Part shown: positions 46,555-55,594 of the stretch, in pieces | Numbering within the stretch: position 1 is the first letter of the stretch | Layout of the letters: each line of letters begins with the position of its first letter | DNA from: an uncultured Candidatus Peribacteria bacterium | GTDB taxonomy: Bacteria; Patescibacteriota; Gracilibacteria; UBA4473 | Direction of reading: 5' to 3' | Assembly: GCA_964526665.1 (NCBI GenBank) | Contig: CAZGJL010000001.1 | Coordinates: forward strand, 61,298 to 125,297 | DNA: 64,000 nt | Made by a program: the position numbers and the translations under genes | Notes under the pieces: generated by a model | Told to the model about the DNA's origin: nothing | Database searches by the model: none | What the model saw: the letters and a program-made list of their open reading frames with translations, nothing else

Positions 46555-48024
46555 TTATTCTGCGCGTTGAAATAAAATTTCTGCTTCGCCAACTTTCTCC
46601 CCGTCTCCAATCATTTTCCACATCTTCGGTGCAGCTTCTGGGAGCAACGTCTCGGACATTTTCGCAATCGTCTCCAGGTGAAGCAAGAGTCGAGCAAAGA
46701 CCTGTGTTGCCACTTCCGGATCCACCTTAAATAGCTTCCACGGCTCCTTTTCGTTTAATAATAAATTCGCCTTATTCATTTCATGAAACATTTCTTCAAT
46801 TGCTGCTCGCAACGATTTATCTTCCATAAATTGATGAAACAGCGCCATATCATTTTCAACAGCCTGTCTTTCTTTTGCCATCGTTACCCATTCTCCTTTT
46901 TCTGAATTCATTGGGTCCCATGCGGGCTTCTTCCCTTCTAAAAACTTATGAATCAGAACGGTCACTCTATTAAAAAGATTCCCGATTCCTCCCGCTAATT
47001 TTTTATTATACAGGTCGTGAAACTGTTCTTGGGAAAAATCTCCATCGTTCCCAAACTCAAACGAAGAAAGCAGACCAAGTCGCACTCCATCGTTTCCATA
47101 TTTCATCGCCAAATCAAGAGGAGAAATCACGTTCCCAAGAGACTTGCTCATCTTCTCTCCATCAACAGTAAAAAACCCATGCGCGTATTCTTCTGCGGGC
47201 GTAGAAATCCCTGCCGACATCAGCATCGCCGGCCAAATCACACAGTGAAATCGTGTAATGTCTTTCCCCAGTAAATGAAGCGTATTGTCCCAAAACTCTT
47301 CACTCGGACAGGCTGATCGATAATTAATGAGCGCGTCAAACCATACATAAATTTTGTGACTTTTGTCCCAGGGAAGAGGAATCCCGAACTCGGCATTTTC
47401 ACGACTAATAGAAATGTCTTCAAGTCCGGACTTGATAAAAGAAAGCACTTCGTTGCGACGCTTTTCTGGTTCGAGAAGCTTTGGGTTTTTCTCAAATAAT
47501 TCCAACAACTGGTCCTGATATTTCGAAAGCCGAAAGAAATAGTTGTCTTCTTCAACCCTATTCGGCGCCTTCTTGTGATGCGGACAATGCCCGTTTTCAT
47601 CAACCTCTGAAGCCTTCAGGAACGCTTCGCACCCCGTACAATATAATCCCTCATATTTCCCTTTATAAATATCTCCTTTCCCATGAATCGTGGTCAAAAT
47701 TTCATGCACTGTTTCATGGTGTCGTTCTTCGGTTGTACGAATGAAATCATCAAAATCTATACCGATTTCTTCCCATGTTTCTTTCCACCGTGCAGCAATG
47801 GCGTCCAAATATGGCATAACTTCTTCTCCTGCTGCCGCCGCGGCGTCTACTGTTTTCTGGGAATTTTCATCTGTTCCCGTAAGGAAAAATACGTTTTCTT
47901 TCCCCAGCTTCTGTCGCCAATAACGAGCCAATGTGTCGGCTGCAAGCGTACAATAGGCGTGTCCAATATGTGGCACATCGTTTACATAATAAATTGGAGT
48001 CGTTATAAATTTTTTCATTCTCAT
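46555..48024 (-). CDS. metG: methionyl-tRNA synthetase (short form)
   Basis: PIYYVNDVPHIGHAYC (HIGH) and KMSKSLGN (KMSKS). Start placed at MRMKKFITTP, since the upstream extension lacks homology-like sequence. Confidence 0.92.
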   Translation of the reverse strand: MRMKKFITTPIYYVNDVPHIGHAYCTLAADTLARYWRQKLGKENVFFLTGTDENSQKTVDAAAAAGEEVMPYLDAIAARWKETWEEIGIDFDDFIRTTEERHHETVHEILTTIHGKGDIYKGKYEGLYCTGCEAFLKASEVDENGHCPHHKKAPNRVEEDNYFFRLSKYQDQLLELFEKNPKLLEPEKRRNEVLSFIKSGLEDISISRENAEFGIPLPWDKSHKIYVWFDALINYRSACPSEEFWDNTLHLLGKDITRFHCVIWPAMLMSAGISTPAEEYAHGFFTVDGEKMSKSLGNVISPLDLAMKYGNDGVRLGLLSSFEFGNDGDFSQEQFHDLYNKKLAGGIGNLFNRVTVLIHKFLEGKKPAWDPMNSEKGEWVTMAKERQAVENDMALFHQFMEDKSLRAAIEEMFHEMNKANLLLNEKEPWKLFKVDPEVATQVFARLLLHLETIAKMSETLLPEAAPKMWKMIGDGEKVGEAEILFQRAE

Positions 48025-48167
48025 TTTTTTACAAAACCCCCGGTTCTTACGTCCGGAATCATTTGTTTTACAGGCAAAAGAATGCCCCATGACGAAAAAG
48101 ATGTCAATTCTTTGATGCTGTGACAAAAAGACGTTTCTCTCTATAAAATATCTCGCCAAAACACCAA

Positions 48168-48839
48168 TTATTCCGCCTTATCGACCAAGATATATCCATA
48201 TCCTCGTACTGTTTGAAGCATTTTAGCGTCATCTCCTAGCTTTTTTCGAATGGCACGAATATGCACGTCCACGACATTTGATCGCATGTCTAATATGTCG
48301 CCCCATACTCGTTCACTGAGGTCTGCTCGAGAAATAACAATGTTTTTGCTCGATAAAAAGGCAAAAAGCATTTGAAATTCTCTTTTGGAAATCGGAAGCA
48401 ATTCCTGCCGCGAATGGACTTCTTTTTTCTCAAGATTCATTACGATTGGTCCACACGCTAATATATTGTGTTTCTTTTCAAGCCGACGACGCATCAATGC
48501 TCTTGTCCGTGCCACGAACTCTGAAAGTGAAAAATTTTTTACTAAATAATCATCTGCCCCGAGATCCAATCCGCGAATTCTGTCCTCTACCCGACCATAC
48601 GCCGAAACGATAAGTACGAGCGAGGTATTCCCCGCCGCTCTTAAGTGACGCAAAAGCGATAACCCCGACATCCCTGGCAATCCAAGATCCAATATCACGA
48701 GGTCGAAGCTTTGTTCTTTTGCAATACTCAATGCTTTCTCTCCGGAATGGGCAACGACACAATCAAATTTTTCCCCACGCAAGGCCTGCTCCATCAAAGA
48801 CGCCATTCTGGGATCATCATCGACAATAAGGGCTCTCAT
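48168..48839 (-). CDS. OmpR/PhoB-family response regulator
   Basis: Receiver domain (MRALIVDDD...DLVILDLGLPGMSG...KN) with a winged-helix C-terminal domain (...VDVHIRAIRKKL...TVRGYGYIL). Confidence 0.9.
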   Translation of the reverse strand: MRALIVDDDPRMASLMEQALRGEKFDCVVAHSGEKALSIAKEQSFDLVILDLGLPGMSGLSLLRHLRAAGNTSLVLIVSAYGRVEDRIRGLDLGADDYLVKNFSLSEFVARTRALMRRRLEKKHNILACGPIVMNLEKKEVHSRQELLPISKREFQMLFAFLSSKNIVISRADLSERVWGDILDMRSNVVDVHIRAIRKKLGDDAKMLQTVRGYGYILVDKAE

Positions 48840-48988
48840 AGTTTTCTCTTTTACGAATTAATCCATGCTCTCTCTTTTGCATCAAAACCATAGCATGCTT
48901 AGATTAAATTTTAATGAAAAATTCCACTTATTTTCAAAAAAAATAAAAAGTTGCCGATAAACATTGAAATAACTACCATAAAAGCAGA

Positions 48989-49543
48989 ATGCAGCTTCAG
49001 AAAACTGGCTTTCAAAAATCATCATTTCTTTTCCTTTCTCAAAATTTACGAAAACTCGCTTTTGAGGACAAGGTTTCATTATATGCTCACCTGGGGACAC
49101 TCATTGCTTGTTTTTTTCCTTGGGCATCACTCAATCCTCTGTACGGTCCCGTGGTATTCATGAATGCTTTTTCTGGTGCCTCCTGGCTTATCGGATCGAT
49201 TGTCTTTTGTCTTTCTCTTTTTTCTGTTGCCATCTTTGTAGATGAATTGCTAGAAAAAAAGCTCCTTCAGTTTCGTCTCCCTCGAACAACTATTCTGGGG
49301 GCGATGAGCGGTCAATCCCTTTTGTTACAGCTTTGCGCGTGGTCTGTACTATATTCGGTTGGTGCAGGATATGCTGGTATAGAATTCCGCTTCGGCCTTG
49401 CTGCTTGTTTATTGTTACAAATTGTGGCACTTGTCGCTGCCTGGCTCAAAGAACGGTCATCAAAGAAAGAAGAGGCGAAAGAGTTTTTTCAGTTGCCAAC
49501 TCATCAAAAATCAGGAGAATCCTCTACGCATCCCCACCAATAA
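48989..49543 (+). CDS. hypothetical membrane protein (4-5 TM)
   Basis: Hydrophobic ORF whose stop overlaps the next start (TAATG). Confidence 0.5.
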   Translation: MQLQKTGFQKSSFLFLSQNLRKLAFEDKVSLYAHLGTLIACFFPWASLNPLYGPVVFMNAFSGASWLIGSIVFCLSLFSVAIFVDELLEKKLLQFRLPRTTILGAMSGQSLLLQLCAWSVLYSVGAGYAGIEFRFGLAACLLLQIVALVAAWLKERSSKKEEAKEFFQLPTHQKSGESSTHPHQ

Positions 49544-49887
49544 TGACTGACTCCAATTCCTTTCTTCACGAAGCACAACAGGCTGGCCGCGCAAGCGGAA
49601 AGCTCGAAATTGATAATCTCGATGAGGCCATTGGCGCCATCACACACATTATTGATGAAGACGTAGCAACTCAATACAAAGAAACAGAAGAAGAGGCTTG
49701 GCCACGCGCAACCATGACTGTGTACTGTCACGATTGCCGAGCTATTGTTCCTGCGGGAATTGGAAAGACGCTTCGGGGAAATGCTCGAACTGTATGTGGA
49801 AATTGTCATAGCAAAAAAATATCTATGGGCCGAGAAGAGGCGCTTCGGAGTTTTTATCATCTTGCCAAGGCAGAAGACAAGGAATAA
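49543..49887 (+). CDS. hypothetical zinc-ribbon protein (114 aa)
   Basis: CHDC...17 aa...CGNC four-Cys motif. Its ATG overlaps the upstream stop. Confidence 0.45.
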   Translation: MTDSNSFLHEAQQAGRASGKLEIDNLDEAIGAITHIIDEDVATQYKETEEEAWPRATMTVYCHDCRAIVPAGIGKTLRGNARTVCGNCHSKKISMGREEALRSFYHLAKAEDKE

Positions 49888-49972
49888 TCGTTTTCTTTCA
49901 GGAAAACATACACCGAAAACAAATAAGATAGAGCGCTTATAGAGCGTGTTTCAAATTTTGTTAAAAAAAGTT

Positions 49973-50001
49973 TTGACACATGTGTATGCACTGCGTATGC
50001 T
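49973..50001 (+). promoter_or_regulatory. candidate lexA promoter TTGACA-17-TATGCT with a 10-bp palindrome ACACATGTGT (49976..49985) overlapping the -35
   Basis: Hexamers and palindrome read directly. The -10 ends 9 nt before the lexA ATG. Confidence 0.45.
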
Positions 50002-50010
50002 TCTGTGTGC

Positions 50011-50637
50011 ATGAACAAAAATACACAATCGTTAACGCCAAAAGAACAAGACGCTCTCCTTGAATCAAGACAGGCAACGCGTCTTCTTGGTAGATTTCCT
50101 TCTGTCCGGGAACTTATGATTGCTATGGAATACCGATCTCCACGATCTGCGGCTGTTCTTCTTGAGCGGCTCGAAAAAAAAGGGTATTTAGAGCGAGACA
50201 AGTTCAATCGTCTTCGTGTTTCCCCTGAACCAGAGCTATCCATTGCCGCTGACACTATAGATATTCCTGTTGTGGGAAGTGTTTGCTGTGGGACTCCTGA
50301 TTGGGCAGAGCAAAACATTGAAAGTTACGTAAAAGTAAGTACGCGAATCGCTCCACGTGATCGACAACACTTTTTTCTCCGTGCAAAAGGAGATTCTATG
50401 AATGAGGCGGGGATTGAACACTCCGATCTTGTTCTCGTTCGAGTGCAGGGATCTGCAAGCGAGGGCGATCGAGTAGTGGCACTCATTGATGACGAGGCCA
50501 CTATAAAAGAATTCCGTCGCCGAGGAGATGTTGTTGTTCTTATGCCTCGATCAACAAATCCAAATCATCAGCCAATTCTTGTTTCTGACCAGCTTCATAT
50601 TCAGGGCGTGGTCGTTACGGCAATTCCAACTTTGTAA
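50011..50637 (+). CDS. lexA: LexA repressor (S24 peptidase)
   Basis: N-terminal winged HTH (FPSVRELMIAMEYRSPRSAAVLLERLEKKGYL) and an S24 domain with GDSM (Ser) and ATIKEF (Lys). The cleavage-site region reads VGSVCCGTP. Confidence 0.88.
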   Translation: MNKNTQSLTPKEQDALLESRQATRLLGRFPSVRELMIAMEYRSPRSAAVLLERLEKKGYLERDKFNRLRVSPEPELSIAADTIDIPVVGSVCCGTPDWAEQNIESYVKVSTRIAPRDRQHFFLRAKGDSMNEAGIEHSDLVLVRVQGSASEGDRVVALIDDEATIKEFRRRGDVVVLMPRSTNPNHQPILVSDQLHIQGVVVTAIPTL

Positions 50638-50893
50638 TTTTTTAAATACACACAAATGACCTATTCCGCTCCAAAAAGAAGAGACATTCGAGTTCGATCA
50701 ACTCAAAAAATATTACAACCCGTCTCTGGCAATACACACGTTCATCCGACGGAACAACAGCAATATGAAATGAACTTTGATGTTTCTTCCACTGTTCATT
50801 TGCGTACATCGCTACAACAAGAAAATAAAACTTCTTTAAGCGATTTAATAAACAGCTAAAGATCTCTCTTGTAAAATTTAACACTCATATAAA

Positions 50894-51898
50894 ATGGCAA
50901 CAGTAGACCCAAAAAAAGCAGCTCTTCAATCAGCTCTCACCCAGATTGAAAAAAATTTCGGGAAAGGCGCTATTATGCGCATGGGAGACCACGATCGCCC
51001 AAAAATTGAAACCGTTAGTTCTGGTGCAACATCCATTGATTTAGCCCTTGGTGGAGGATGGCCCCGGGGTCGTGTTGTAGAAATATATGGACCAGAAAGC
51101 TCGGGAAAAACAACTCTTTGTCTTCACGCGGCAGCAGAATTTCAAAAAAAAGGTGGCACTGTTGCCTTTGTAGATGCTGAGCACGCACTCGATCCTGCTT
51201 ATGCTGAAAAGGTAGGGATAAATGTAGACGATCTCCTTCTTTCCCAACCAGATTCCGGGGAACAGGCCCTTGAAATTGTAGAAGCGCTTGTGCGTTCTGG
51301 TGCCGTAGATCTTATTGTGATTGACTCTGTTGCCGCTCTTACTCCGCGTGCAGAAATTGAGGGAGCTATGGGTGACGCACAAATGGGGCTCCAGGCTCGA
51401 CTCATGAGCCAGGCCCTCCGGAAGCTCACAGGAATTACTAGCAAAACAAATACGACGATTATTTTTATCAATCAGATCCGTATGAAAATTGGGGTTATGT
51501 TTGGAAATCCTGAAACCACAACAGGGGGAAACGCGCTAAAGTTCTATGCCTCACTCCGTGTAGAAGTGCGAAAGGGAGGGAAAATTGAATCAGGAACAGG
51601 TGACGAAAAAGAGGCCCACGGAAATATCATGCGCGTTAAGGTCGTAAAAAATAAAGTAGCTCCCCCGTTTCGTACCGCAGAAGTTGATATTATGTTCAAT
51701 GAGGGGATTTCCAAGACTTCAGATCTCCTTGAAATCGCTGTGCGATATGAGGTTATAGAAAAATCTGGGGCATTCTATTCTTATGGAGAGGTCAAACTTG
51801 GACAGGGGAAACAAAAGGCCGTTGAGTTCTTAAAAGAAAACCCAAAGGTGGTAAAAGAAATTGATGCCATCCTGCGCAAAAAGTTTGAGAAAAAATAA
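50894..51898 (+). CDS. recA: recombinase RecA
   Basis: [21 protein letters not shown] (Walker A), IVIDSVAAL, and the L1/L2 loop regions. Typical length. Confidence 0.97.
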   Translation: MATVDPKKAALQSALTQIEKNFGKGAIMRMGDHDRPKIETVSSGATSIDLALGGGWPRGRVVEIYGPESSGKTTLCLHAAAEFQKKGGTVAFVDAEHALDPAYAEKVGINVDDLLLSQPDSGEQALEIVEALVRSGAVDLIVIDSVAALTPRAEIEGAMGDAQMGLQARLMSQALRKLTGITSKTNTTIIFINQIRMKIGVMFGNPETTTGGNALKFYASLRVEVRKGGKIESGTGDEKEAHGNIMRVKVVKNKVAPPFRTAEVDIMFNEGISKTSDLLEIAVRYEVIEKSGAFYSYGEVKLGQGKQKAVEFLKENPKVVKEIDAILRKKFEKK

Positions 51899-51916
51899 TA
51901 TAGATCCCAAATAAAT

Positions 51917-51950
51917 GAAATTCTCCTGAGTTCTTGGGGGAATTTCTTTT
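51917..51950 (+). terminator. Rho-independent terminator after recA
   Basis: GAAATTCTCC...GGGGAATTTC stem (one mismatch) followed by TTTT. Confidence 0.6.
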
Positions 51951-52003
51951 GCGTTAGACGAAAAAACCTGTGTACACTGGGGTACAACTTTCTCTAAGAT
52001 ATT

Positions 52004-52582
52004 ATGTTTGAACTTTCACCGCTTCCGTTTGAAAAAGATGCCTTCGAGCCACATATTTCCGCTCGCACATTTGAATTCCATCACGGGAAACATCATGACG
52101 GATATGTAACAAAGGTAAATGCTATGACCGAGGGAACCCCCCAGTCCGACTGGTCTCTTGAGCAAATTATCACTGATCCACACACTGATGCTGGATTATT
52201 TAACAATGCCGCACAGGCATGGAACCATGAGTTCTTTTGGAATTGTTTATCTCCACAAAAAATGGCGCCTCTCGGAGATATCGCAGACATGATCGCTTTG
52301 CAGTGGGGTGATTTTGAATCTTTTTCCGAAGAATTTGTAAAAGCCGGCGCCGGACAATTTGGGGCTGGATGGGTGTGGCTCGTACACAATGGCGAGGAAC
52401 TAGAAATTCGCGCAACGGCAAATGCAGAAACGCCATTGACTAATGGTGCACGCCCTCTTTTGGTTTGTGATGTTTGGGAGCACGCCTATTATCTCGACTA
52501 CCAAAATCGTAGACCTGATTTCTTAAAGGTTTTCATTGAGGAATTGGCAAATTGGGAATGGGCCAATCAGCAGCTCAATTAG
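52004..52582 (+). CDS. sodA: Fe/Mn superoxide dismutase
   Basis: LPFEKDAFEPHISARTFEFHHGKHH, AAQAWNHEFFW, and DVWEHAYYLDYQNRRP are canonical Fe/Mn-SOD motifs. Confidence 0.93.
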   Translation: MFELSPLPFEKDAFEPHISARTFEFHHGKHHDGYVTKVNAMTEGTPQSDWSLEQIITDPHTDAGLFNNAAQAWNHEFFWNCLSPQKMAPLGDIADMIALQWGDFESFSEEFVKAGAGQFGAGWVWLVHNGEELEIRATANAETPLTNGARPLLVCDVWEHAYYLDYQNRRPDFLKVFIEELANWEWANQQLN

Positions 52583-52639
52583 GCGCTGATATTAATACCG
52601 TTGCTCCTTTCTTTTTTTAAGGATTTCTCTTGACAAACA

Positions 52640-52987
52640 ATGTTATTGGTGCAAAAAAAGAAGATGATGGATGTTTTAAAAAAGAGGGAGCGCCTAGCCG
52701 AAACAAGCTCGCAACGTGCAGAGCGTATCCGTCTTAACGTAACCGCGGTAGCGACGGTTGTTGTGCTGACGGCGTGGCTGGTGGGACTAATAGCGGGGGG
52801 CTCTTCTGATCGCCCCACTTCTGTAACCACCAAAGAAGTTCCACCCGAGACAACTTTACCTATCTCCCCTTTCTCAGACACAGAAAAAAATACGCCGAAA
52901 TGCGACTCCTCCATCTCTGCAGACTCTTCTCGGCAAGGTAACTACTTTTCCAAAAAATCAATCCTCGGGGATTCTTCCCCAGAATAA
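52640..52987 (+). CDS. hypothetical membrane-anchored protein (115 aa)
   Basis: One TM segment (VTAVATVVVLTAWLVGLIAGG) followed by a Ser/Pro/Thr-rich tail. The coding call is weak. Confidence 0.4.
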   Translation: MLLVQKKKMMDVLKKRERLAETSSQRAERIRLNVTAVATVVVLTAWLVGLIAGGSSDRPTSVTTKEVPPETTLPISPFSDTEKNTPKCDSSISADSSRQGNYFSKKSILGDSSPE

Positions 52988-52991
52988 TTCT

Positions 52992-53453
52992 TTATTTAAC
53001 TCGCTCTTTTGCTTTTTCCTCTAGAAACACCCGAGCAATTCCCGCATCGATCATTTTCTCCCAGCAGCTTTCACAACACCACCAGTGACCCCACAGGTAT
53101 AAATCTGCTCCCCCGGCATCATGCCCATTTTTTTTGACGTCCCGAAGAGCTTGTTGCTCTGCGTGAAATTTTGGCGAACAGCCATAACATGTCCAATACC
53201 CTTTTCCTGATGGTACAGAAAAAATCCCTCTCAGTCCTTTTCGCACACAACCAATCTGTTTGTGGAAAAGAGAATGATTTGCGCCTCGTCCTATAATTGC
53301 GCCCTCTTTCACCACAACCGCTCCCGTCGGATGACCTCGGTCCGTAGACAAAACTTCGGATGATTTTCGTGCCTCAACCATAAATTCGTCCTCTGCAGAA
53401 ACATATAAAATGTCCCACCCCAGTGGTAAATATGGCAATTCTTTCGTTTTCAT
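52992..53453 (-). CDS. comEB: dCMP deaminase (ComEB/cytidine-deoxycytidylate deaminase family)
   Basis: Zinc motifs HAEQQAL and CCESC (PCxxC-type). Length 153 aa. Confidence 0.85.
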   Translation of the reverse strand: MKTKELPYLPLGWDILYVSAEDEFMVEARKSSEVLSTDRGHPTGAVVVKEGAIIGRGANHSLFHKQIGCVRKGLRGIFSVPSGKGYWTCYGCSPKFHAEQQALRDVKKNGHDAGGADLYLWGHWWCCESCWEKMIDAGIARVFLEEKAKERVK

Positions 53454-54100
53454 TATTTTTGTTTTTTCAGCTGCCCTAGCTGCCCCGTTCGTATCAACTC
53501 CAGTTCCTCGTCCGCGTCACATTTTCCGTCTAGTCCATTTGCTTTTGCTCCTTCATATTTTGCCGGTTGGGCACCATGACGCATTGCGTCTTCTTTTTGC
53601 AAGCTGCTAGCAAGTTTCTGAAACACGATCTGACAAACCCGTTCTCCTGGATAAATACGAATTATTTGTGATGTTGTTTTATTTAAAATAGGGATCATTA
53701 AGTGCCCCGAATAATGGGCGTCTACGATTCCCGTGAGATCGACTGAAAGTCCTCGACGATTTACTGAACTTCGTGGATATAGCACGCCCATTAAATCATC
53801 TGATCGCAAAGATACTTTTTCAAGGGTGCTCGCAATTACTGATTCCCCGGGCGCAAGCTCGAAGAACTGTCCCGGCTCCAACTCAATTTTTTCAAAATTA
53901 TCCGCCACGCTTTGTGTTACGTCTACAGTCAAAACTTCTCGCCCTCTGTCTGTAATCTTCCAGATTTTCGGTAAATAAAAGGTTGTCCCTAGTCGCAGAT
54001 CTACGGCGTGCGGCTGATCTTGATATTTATCTAGCGTTGGCTCAAAAATTAATTTTTCCTCGGCGATAAGTTTCCCGATTTCGTGTCGTGTTAAAATCAT
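53453..54100 (-). CDS. dUTPase/dCTP-deaminase-superfamily protein, probably a nucleotide pyrophosphatase rather than a deaminase
   Basis: Dcd-like N-terminus (AVDLRLG), PRSSVNRRGL, and GIVDAHYSGHLMIPILN. The position of the E. coli Dcd catalytic Glu138 (IVLEFYN) is Pro (codon 53690..53692). Confidence 0.75.
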   Translation of the reverse strand: MILTRHEIGKLIAEEKLIFEPTLDKYQDQPHAVDLRLGTTFYLPKIWKITDRGREVLTVDVTQSVADNFEKIELEPGQFFELAPGESVIASTLEKVSLRSDDLMGVLYPRSSVNRRGLSVDLTGIVDAHYSGHLMIPILNKTTSQIIRIYPGERVCQIVFQKLASSLQKEDAMRHGAQPAKYEGAKANGLDGKCDADEELELIRTGQLGQLKKQK

Positions 54101-54603
54101 TTTTTCACAGAATACCAAAGTGCGAGCGTATTTTCCCCGATTTTTTCAAATTTTTCAAGAGACAATTCTAAATCCATCTCCGGCGCAAAAACTCCCAGCC
54201 CCGAACCAAATACCAGTGGAGAAACCGTCACAATCAGTTCGTCTATCAATCTCTCTTGGGCAAAAAGCGAGTTTATCGTTGTCCCTCCTGCCAGAACCGG
54301 ATTCTCAAGTCCCAGGGATTGCAGTTTTTTCAAAATGCTTTGCGGGCAGAGAGATGTAAATACCAGGTTTTCTTCCTTTTCGTCCCATTCTCCGGCGTCT
54401 CGTGACATAACAACCGAAAGACGCCCAGGCAAAACTCCTGGCAAGGTTTCGAAAGTTGTTCTCCCAAAAATCATCACTCCTGATTCTTTTGTTCGTGCAC
54501 GAAAAAACTTCTTATCCGCTGACTCTGTCCAGTCGGGAAAGTGGTTCGAATCTTTTGCAATTCGACCATCTAGCGTCTGTGCCATTAAGAGTGAAACTTT
54601 CAT
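54097..54603 (-). CDS. RibD C-terminal domain / dihydrofolate-reductase-family protein
   Basis: MKVSLLMAQTLDGRIA...MIFGRTTFETL...VLAGGTTINSLF...DELIVTVSPLVFG is the PF01872-like pattern. Its stop overlaps the next start (ATGA). Confidence 0.75.
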   Translation of the reverse strand: MKVSLLMAQTLDGRIAKDSNHFPDWTESADKKFFRARTKESGVMIFGRTTFETLPGVLPGRLSVVMSRDAGEWDEKEENLVFTSLCPQSILKKLQSLGLENPVLAGGTTINSLFAQERLIDELIVTVSPLVFGSGLGVFAPEMDLELSLEKFEKIGENTLALWYSVKK

Positions 54604-54661
54604 CAGCCGCACCGTAGCAGAAAAGTTGATTTTCCCAAAAATTTCCGGCACCGTATGAACG

Positions 54662-55537
54662 ATGACAACCCTTTCTCCCGCTCTCAAAAAAAAACTTCTG
54701 CAATTTCAGCGCAGCGAACGCACTGAAGCAATTGTATACGAACGTCTTGCCTGCTTGGCAAAGGGAGAAAATAATAAAAAACTTCTGAAGCAAATTGCTG
54801 CCGATGAACTCCGTCATGCAGAATTTTGGCGCGAAGCGGCTGGAGGAGAACAGACAAATGGTAACCTCTTTCGTGCTCGTTGGTGGAGTTTCATTGCTCG
54901 CGTCTTTGGGATTACCTTCGGACTCCGTCTTATGGAAAAAGGCGAAGAACATGCGCAAAAGATCTATGCCGGCGTAAGCAAATCTGTCCCGGGTGTTGAT
55001 GCCGTTATTGCGGATGAGGAAGCACACGAACAAAAACTTATCGGACTATTGGATGAAAAAAAACTAGAGTACGTCGGCTCTATTGTTTTGGGATTAAATG
55101 ACGCGCTCGTTGAACTGACGGGGGCGTTAGCCGGATTCTCTTTCGCGCTTCAAAATACCCGCCTCATCGCTCTTCTCGGAGTTATCACTGGTGTCGCGGC
55201 AACCCTATCCATGGCCGCAAGCGAATATTTGGCCAATCGGGCCGAGGGAAATAGCGATGCGTTTACCGCTTCTCTCTATACGGGAGTCGCATATTTAATT
55301 ACTGTTATCCTTTTGGTCGCCCCTTATTTCGTGTTTAAAAATTATCTCCACGCCCTCGGAACGATGCTCGTCGTCGTTGTCGCAGTAATTGCCATATTTA
55401 CCTTTTATCTCTCTGTGGCGAAGAATGAAAAATTCTGGCACCGCTTCGGAGAGATGGCTCTCATTAGCCTTGGTGTTGCCGCATTATCCTTCGGGATTGG
55501 GGTTGCCGCACGGTTGTGGCTCGGAATTGAGGTTTAA
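54662..55537 (+). CDS. VIT1/CCC1-family iron/manganese transporter with N-terminal ferritin-like (erythrin) domain
   Basis: ERTEAIVYERLA...ADELRHAEFW...EEAHEQ (di-iron-like helices), then GSIVLGLNDALVELTGALAG and the TM bundle. Confidence 0.85.
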   Translation: MTTLSPALKKKLLQFQRSERTEAIVYERLACLAKGENNKKLLKQIAADELRHAEFWREAAGGEQTNGNLFRARWWSFIARVFGITFGLRLMEKGEEHAQKIYAGVSKSVPGVDAVIADEEAHEQKLIGLLDEKKLEYVGSIVLGLNDALVELTGALAGFSFALQNTRLIALLGVITGVAATLSMAASEYLANRAEGNSDAFTASLYTGVAYLITVILLVAPYFVFKNYLHALGTMLVVVVAVIAIFTFYLSVAKNEKFWHRFGEMALISLGVAALSFGIGVAARLWLGIEV

Positions 55538-55594
55538 AAAGTAAAAAGCCCCACTTGTAAAATGGAGGCTTGGTTTTGTTTTGGGGAGCACTAA

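Noticed and set aside
49888-50893. Search for canonical SOS boxes (CTGT-N8-ACAG, GAAC-N4-GTTC) upstream of lexA and recA.
   Set aside because: Neither consensus is present. Only lineage-unknown palindromes were found, and these are reported separately as low-confidence candidates.
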